Source of the DNA: Polyangiales bacterium
Lineage (GTDB): Bacteria; Myxococcota_A; Polyangia; Polyangiales; CBDCBC01
Length of the DNA: 64,000 bases
Assembly: GCA_044224525.1 (NCBI GenBank)
Contig: JBGAKI010000004.1
Coordinates: forward strand, 20,820 to 84,819
Direction: 5' to 3'
Made by a program: the position numbers and the translations under genes. The notes beneath the pieces are model-generated. The model had not been told where the DNA came from. It worked only from the letters and a program-made list of their open reading frames with translations, and did not search any database. Positions 59,001-64,000 of this stretch are shown piece by piece; the first letter of the stretch is position 1; the number at the start of each line of letters is the position of its first letter.

Positions 59001-61301
59001 ACCACGAAGGTTGGCACAGGCTTGCTGATCCCATTGACCGCTTGCAGATAACATCAGCGCGCAGTTATCGGCAGCGCCCGCTGTTGGCTCGCTGGCCGCC
59101 CAATTGGTGTAGGTATTGGCGCTTGAATCGGCCCATACATAGGTACCCTCGGACGCGATGTCGTTGAGTCCGATCCAACGATTTGAACTAATATTGGCAA
59201 GAATATGTGCGTTTTCAGTCGCAGCTGTGATGGCGTATGTTCCCGTGCTGCCCTCGATTTTTACCAAGTCCCAACCTGTGGCGATCGACTGACAGTTGGT
59301 GCGCGCATTGCTTCGACTTACTGCGGTAGCACAGTAGAAATATTCCGTTGATTGCGGTGTCGATGGAATACCGTAACTGCTCCAGGTGCCGCCGCTACAA
59401 AGCTGCGTGCAGGTTGACGCGGTGTTGGCGTCGACGTTGGTGCAGCTCCAGCCGCTTTCTTCAACGCACGTTGAGCTACAACCATCACCATTGGTGATGT
59501 TACCATCGTCGCACACTTCCGGCGACGCGAGCTTACCGTTGCCGCACACGGGAGGGCCTTCGCAGATATAACCAAAGGTTGTGCCGCAGTTTTGTTGATC
59601 CCAGTTGCCCATCGTGGCCGCGTTGAGCATCACTGCGCAATCGCTTGCGGCATCGGGCTCACCGGCATTCCAGGTGGTGTATGACACCGCGGTGCCACTG
59701 GCCCATTCATAGGTACCCTCGGTGTTGGTGTCGAAGATACCAATCCAGCGATTGGCGCCACCCAAGATGCTTGCCACGTAGGTATTTTCGGTGGAGCCGG
59801 TGATGGTCACAAGGTTCCAGCTCGTGCCCAAGTTGCTGCAGTTGTTGCGCGCACCGCCCCAAGATTGCGCCGTTGTGCAACGATAATACTCCGTTGTGTT
59901 GCTTGTACCGCTACTAAACCATGTGCCACCGGTGCACACCGTTGAACAGACTGATGGGGTGCCCGCGCAGGTATAACCAGCTTCGACCACACATACGTTG
60001 CTGCATCCATCACCGCTGGTGGTGTTGCCATCGTCACAGGCCTCCAACCCAGCAATCGCGCCGTCGCCGCACACAGGTGCGGTCTCAAGCAAACAAGCTG
60101 AGCTACAGCCGTCGCCGTTGGCAGTGTTGCCGTCGTCGCATTCCTCATCGCCTGACGCGCGCAAACCGTTGCCACAAATCGACGGCCCCTCGCAAGTGAA
60201 GGGAATGGTCGACCCGCACGCGATATCATCCCACTGGTAGGGTACACCGTTCCAGTATGAGCCACAACCTTGACCGGGGTTACCGTTGTTGGGTTCGCCC
60301 GTACCCCAGTTAGCGAATGCCGCTGTGCCGCACCCACCCGCAGTTTTTGCAACGGTGGCATCGATCCATTGCCAGCATGATGCCGCGTTTCCATCGGCAG
60401 TGGTGTCACTCATGCCCAAGAACATTGAGCCACCGCTCAAACCATCGGCGCTCCACATGTTGTAAATGGTGGTGTTTTCGGTGTTATCCGACACGACCGC
60501 CAAATCCCAGCCCGCAGCAATCCCCTGGCAGGTCGTGCGTGCATTGGCCCATGTGCGGTTGGTTCGGCAATACACATACTCGCGGGTGCCGATCGCTGCG
60601 GTGCGCGAGTTCGCGCAGTTCGTCAAGTTGGTGCAGGTCGACACTGGGCTGTTGGTGAACGTGTTGGTGCACGTGTAAGGCCATTCAACTTGACAGGTTG
60701 AGCTGCAACCATCGTAGTTGGTGGTGTTGCCGTCGTCGCATTCTTCAGTCCCGCTGACCATGCCGTTGCCGCACCTCACGTCGTCTTCACAGACATAACT
60801 GTTGGTGACGCCGCCACCGCAACCCACCACCGTCCAAGTCACCGCGGTATTTTGTCGCACACAATCGTTTGCGCCCGAGTTGCCCCCAAAAGTGGCATTC
60901 TGATAAAACACAGTTTGAGCATCGCCGCTCCAAATGAAAGCGCCTTCGGTGGTTTGGTCGTTATAACCGATCCACACGTTGTTGCCGCCAGCCGTCGTGC
61001 CATCAAGCGTCTCGACGTAGTTGTCTTCAGCAAGGTTATCGATCGTAACCAATCGCCAATTGCCACCTAACAATGCCGCACAATCAGTCCCTGCGGTCGA
61101 ATACCGCCGCGCCGTATTGCAATAGCGATAATCACGAGATGTGCCGCCCGAGCTGCTATTATAGTAGCTACCCCCGGTACACTGCGCCTGTGCGTGAGTA
61201 ACCACAAAGGCTGAAAGAATGAGCCCAAGCGCACAGAGGCCCTGTGCAATACGTGTAAGGTTTATTAGTGGTGAGTGCATACCAATCCGTTGTCTGGACA
61301 C
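55989..61301 (-). CDS. Secreted multidomain protein: 4 C-type lectin domains, 5 Myxococcus Cys-rich (DUF4215-like) repeats, C25 gingipain-like peptidase, MYXO-CTERM-like tail
   Basis: Signal peptide; WIG..D...EG.W lectin cores; CGNG...CDDGN...DGCS..C x5; [31 protein letters not shown]; GGGC + TM + RRRR. Confidence 0.88.
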   Translation of the reverse strand: MSRQRIGMHSPLINLTRIAQGLCALGLILSAFVVTHAQAQCTGGSYYNSSSGGTSRDYRYCNTARRYSTAGTDCAALLGGNWRLVTIDNLAEDNYVETLDGTTAGGNNVWIGYNDQTTEGAFIWSGDAQTVFYQNATFGGNSGANDCVRQNTAVTWTVVGCGGGVTNSYVCEDDVRCGNGMVSGTEECDDGNTTNYDGCSSTCQVEWPYTCTNTFTNSPVSTCTNLTNCANSRTAAIGTREYVYCRTNRTWANARTTCQGIAAGWDLAVVSDNTENTTIYNMWSADGLSGGSMFLGMSDTTADGNAASCWQWIDATVAKTAGGCGTAAFANWGTGEPNNGNPGQGCGSYWNGVPYQWDDIACGSTIPFTCEGPSICGNGLRASGDEECDDGNTANGDGCSSACLLETAPVCGDGAIAGLEACDDGNTTSGDGCSNVCVVEAGYTCAGTPSVCSTVCTGGTWFSSGTSNTTEYYRCTTAQSWGGARNNCSNLGTSWNLVTITGSTENTYVASILGGANRWIGIFDTNTEGTYEWASGTAVSYTTWNAGEPDAASDCAVMLNAATMGNWDQQNCGTTFGYICEGPPVCGNGKLASPEVCDDGNITNGDGCSSTCVEESGWSCTNVDANTASTCTQLCSGGTWSSYGIPSTPQSTEYFYCATAVSRSNARTNCQSIATGWDLVKIEGSTGTYAITAATENAHILANISSNRWIGLNDIASEGTYVWADSSANTYTNWAASEPTAGAADNCALMLSASGQWDQQACANLRGYICEGPAVCGNGVLALNENCDDGNTVNGDGCSSACNAEAGRRCTVANPSNCSTVSHASISTLRRVRAGEDTVLEWTTASETGTLGFYVSRFENNTHRWVPMHNGLIVSLHESMGGGTYRVIDPSATDLEPTRYRIEELDRNGLRMIVREEQVYTLSQIGTRLDLQPAVGWQAALTNSVSSLARTASSYNNVLRSASLTGAVADSGLVQSKLTSAVARTSVGSSLVKPSLAPSKTKTPGAATVPALHTASLTLPIHPAHVSTAPKGFRIETSEQGLHRISLGELSLHAGLPVDELVYRAQNGSLALSERGNPVPCYFDKGATQLVFYAAAPSATYSGRNVYQLRFASAKPMGALTNKPNGSETVDKGVVTQVIEQDALFAAAAATNAEQDNWYWAPLSAGSDRYETFSTEFDMGAMAMSGNGDIEIALSGAWGLSETSVQQIDVAINGSPVGAIQVKAMGNLRFTLPLQMGVLKAGKNTLALKASSQALPGTVGVYIDRFTFTAVRSLKSDGKALEFEALVDGATQVLMPTTRYLAYDIDLGGVVPMPDAVASAGSMTLTIPTQAGHHYALSALTDMSAVVTMAPIYERGLRSSGLSAEYVVIAPSAVDAASQRLGMYRKGQGLKTAVVSLQDIYDAYSYSYPTPYAIRDFLRYVYEQGGAHLKYAVLLGNGSFDYKGVTAEGPGLVPPKLVLGEGGLSASDVWFADVVGDDTVPDFAIGRLPATNINDAGAMIDRMVEFEKNLGKKYAYDALSLVGTKRNDDFSKLSELLNNSLENKKLFLTVDVDTMSTASARDEISKALNAGVFWFNYIGHAGVTQFDDTGVVRSEDITSLASPSRPGIWTAMTCSAGRFEIPGVRSVGEAVLGSLAVALWSDTGLSYAYPAARLSAEFATRASSAMKSEGAQRLGDVLLSIHQSASDAAFSRSMMQTYVLLGDPALMLPEGNGIAAGTDENSGGITGGGCAVHDYSMSEHLAQALAMMGLLTLFALRRRRQWVSRKITSQ

Positions 61302-61502
61302 AGCTGTGACCTAGCGGGTTTACACTTATGTTCGGCTTCGATTCAATCGAAAAGCGACACGGTGTTTTCTTTTTGCCGATGGCGCACCTAAGCAAATCTA
61401 GAAAATTTCTAGCTAGGATCATTGCTGACCTAAAAAACCAAAGCGATCACTGTCAGCCGTCAAGCTAAATATTGAATAACCAACACAGTCTCAAACAACC
61501 GA

Positions 61503-64000
61503 TCAACGGTGTTTGCGCGATCGTCGAGCGCGATCGTGTCGCAGGCGCCTTCGTGCGAATAGTGCGAGAGCCAACGTGCAGCCAATCATTGGGGAACGCA
61601 CTAAGCGAGCGCCTACACTTGCGTCTGTGACAGCACATCCGGACGAAGCCTGTGCACCTGCGGCGCCAGCACTTTGCGTCAATGTTGCAGTACGTGGCAA
61701 CCGCAGCGCGGGATCGCCCAGCAGGACATATGTTTTCATCATCGCGCGAGAAAACGCCTCATCCAATGCGGAATGGTGAAGGGAGAGCAGCACATCACCT
61801 AAACGCTCCTGGTCGGCGGACTGGATTGCTGTTTGCATGCGCGATGCGAACGCGACTGACAGGCGCGCTGCGGGGTATGCGTAGCTGAGGCTGGTATCTG
61901 ACCAAAACGCGACACTTTGTGAATGCGTTGCTAGCATGGCCGACTCAGCGAGCGACCGCACGCCGGGGATCTCGAAACGTGCCGCCGAGCACGTCATTGC
62001 AGTCCAGATGCCAAAGCGTTTGCCGCTTGTCATGGACGCAAGATCCTCTTCACGTAACAAAGCACCGTCGTCAAGCTGGCTAACACCTGCGTGCCCAAGA
62101 TAACTAAACCAAAAGACACCGTCGTTTAGCGTCCTGATGATTTGCCCCCTAGCGGCCTGCGGGCCAAGTTGCTCAACGGCGACGTATACACTGTTTCCTT
62201 GGTCTAGAAGTTCTTCGGCCAAGGGTGCAGCCAACTGGCTAAAGTTGTCGCGACGGGTTGCTCCCACAAGCGCGAGCGCATCGTGTGCATATTTTTCATG
62301 CAAATGTTCTTCGTATTTAACCATGCGGTCAACGAGCTGCGACGCCTCGGCTTCGGTTGTTACGGGTAAGCGACCGATGGCAAACTCGGGCACAAGATCG
62401 TCGTTGACCACATCGGCATACCACACGTCGGAGGCGCTTAGTCCGCCGTCACCCACTAGAAGTTTTGGTGGTATGAGCCCGGGCCCTTCGGCTGTGACGC
62501 CTTTGTAGTCAAAACTTCCGTTACCCAGCAGCACAACGTACCTAAGCGGTACGGCGCCCTGCTCGTAGGCGTAACGCAGAAAGTCGTGTATCGCGTAAGG
62601 TGTTGGGTAACCGTATGAATAAGCGTCGTAGATATCCCGCAACCCGACGACCGCTGCTTTGAGCCCTTGCGCCTTGCGATAGTTGCCCAGGCGCGCGGCA
62701 GATGCGACCAAACTCTCTGGTGCAATGATCAAGTACTCTGCACTCAAACCGCCGCTGCTCAAGCCCCTGTCGACGATGGGCGCCACGTTGAATGCCTGTG
62801 CCATCCGATCAATGGCGCTAATGGCGTAGGTGTGCCCTTCTTGTGTGGCAATGGCGATGGTGGACTCCGTGGTTTGATTACTTGGGGCCACAGTTTGAAC
62901 ACGCTCGCCAGTGTCAATGTCATAGACAAAGTACCGCGCTAAAGGCAACACAACCTCGGTGATGCCGCTTGTCAACGCTTTGAACTGAAGGGTGTTTTGA
63001 TCGCTTCTTAGCGAACGCACGCTGACGACCAAAAAGCGATCGACATAGATACCGACTGTACCTGCAGGCGCGCCACTTGTTGCATAGAGCGTAAGCACGT
63101 TTTTGCCGGATCTTAGTGCAGCGGACTGCAGGGGTAAGCGCATACTTTGATTGCCCATGCGCTTGACCTCAATCACACCGATCGGTGTGTCATTGATATG
63201 GACTGCCATACGCTGCGCGCTGGTCTCGGATAGACCCCATGCACCATTGAACACTATCTCTAATTCCGCATCACCTACGATGTCCATCGCCCCGAGATCC
63301 AGCTCGGTTGTGAAGGTTTCATAGTGCCCAGAGCCCGCTGAAAGCGCAGCCCAATACCAGTTGTCTTGTTCAGCATTGGTGGAAGCTGCTGCCGCGAACA
63401 AGGTGTCTTGCTCGAAGGTTTGCTTTATTATGCCGCTTCGTGAAAGCCGTGTGGTCGGCGGCGCACTTGCCGTCTTCATCGACTGAGCATCCGCAAAACG
63501 CAATTGATAAACTCGGTTGGCGCTATACATCGCCGTCGAGGCCGCGGCATAAAAGATAAGTTGATTTGTGTTCTTATCGAAATAATAGGGCACCGGCTTA
63601 CCTCGGTCACTGAGCATAAGGTGATGGTCTTGTACCCGCGCAAGCATTTCATTGCTCGATAGTGCCGCTCTTGAACTGAGATCGAAAAGCGATACGCGAT
63701 GCAGGCCTTCAATGCGTGTCTCGAACCGAAGCCCAACAGGATGTGTTGACACATGTTTGGTATGAATCGGTAACTCGGGTGGCCATCCTAGTTTGGCCAC
63801 CTGCGGCAAATTGCTTTTGGAAGGCAATGCAAGCGCGATTGGCGCCCGGCGAAGTGCCCAACGATGCGTCGAGGGTATCGCGGTGCCAGAGAGACCTTCG
63901 TGCCAGTTCGGCGTCGCGACTGCTTGCTCAGACGTGACGGACACAACGTCGTTGCTACTCAACATACCTTCACTCACAACGGTCGCCCCACCCGTACGCT
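61503..64000 (-). CDS. Second C25 gingipain-like peptidase with MYXO-CTERM-like tail (5' end outside window)
   Basis: Frame is open to the window edge (RTGGATVVSE); [31 protein letters not shown]; SSGC + TM + RRR; clear paralog of the adjacent gene. Confidence 0.88.
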   Translation of the reverse strand, partial: RTGGATVVSEGMLSSNDVVSVTSEQAVATPNWHEGLSGTAIPSTHRWALRRAPIALALPSKSNLPQVAKLGWPPELPIHTKHVSTHPVGLRFETRIEGLHRVSLFDLSSRAALSSNEMLARVQDHHLMLSDRGKPVPYYFDKNTNQLIFYAAASTAMYSANRVYQLRFADAQSMKTASAPPTTRLSRSGIIKQTFEQDTLFAAAASTNAEQDNWYWAALSAGSGHYETFTTELDLGAMDIVGDAELEIVFNGAWGLSETSAQRMAVHINDTPIGVIEVKRMGNQSMRLPLQSAALRSGKNVLTLYATSGAPAGTVGIYVDRFLVVSVRSLRSDQNTLQFKALTSGITEVVLPLARYFVYDIDTGERVQTVAPSNQTTESTIAIATQEGHTYAISAIDRMAQAFNVAPIVDRGLSSGGLSAEYLIIAPESLVASAARLGNYRKAQGLKAAVVGLRDIYDAYSYGYPTPYAIHDFLRYAYEQGAVPLRYVVLLGNGSFDYKGVTAEGPGLIPPKLLVGDGGLSASDVWYADVVNDDLVPEFAIGRLPVTTEAEASQLVDRMVKYEEHLHEKYAHDALALVGATRRDNFSQLAAPLAEELLDQGNSVYVAVEQLGPQAARGQIIRTLNDGVFWFSYLGHAGVSQLDDGALLREEDLASMTSGKRFGIWTAMTCSAARFEIPGVRSLAESAMLATHSQSVAFWSDTSLSYAYPAARLSVAFASRMQTAIQSADQERLGDVLLSLHHSALDEAFSRAMMKTYVLLGDPALRLPRTATLTQSAGAAGAQASSGCAVTDASVGARLVRSPMIGCTLALALFARRRLRHDRARRSRKHR

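Overview
A 64 kb chromosomal window from what looks like a Myxococcota (myxobacterium-like) genome, judged by MYXO-CTERM-like sorting tails, Myxococcus Cys-rich repeats, a kinase/sigma54-activator hybrid and many HEAT/TPR proteins. GC looks only mid-50s% by eye (not computed). Housekeeping and known loci: the end of a kdp operon (kdpB partial, kdpC, kdpD, kdpE), a copper-resistance operon (TolC-family, multicopper oxidase, CopA), HTH-pilMNOPQ-aroKB, ilvA, rsmA, pyrE, gshA, tyrS, an IHF/HU protein and a KamA radical SAM enzyme. Most interesting: (1) an intact HuH/Y1 REP-associated tyrosine transposase (RAYT) embedded in 28-bp GGTGACA...TGTCACC palindromes that lack a GTAG tag, with another doublet 2.3 kb away and a related tandem between pilP and pilQ; (2) tandem gingipain-like (C25) proteases with MYXO-CTERM-like anchors, one carrying four C-type lectin domains alternating with five Cys-rich repeats; (3) two related, structured intergenic elements I could not assign to a family; (4) a neighbourhood of enzymes lacking catalytic residues (Walker-B Glu, kinase Lys, SDR YxxxK); (5) an apparent in-frame deletion in PilO. 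All family calls come from motif recognition by eye, not from database searches.
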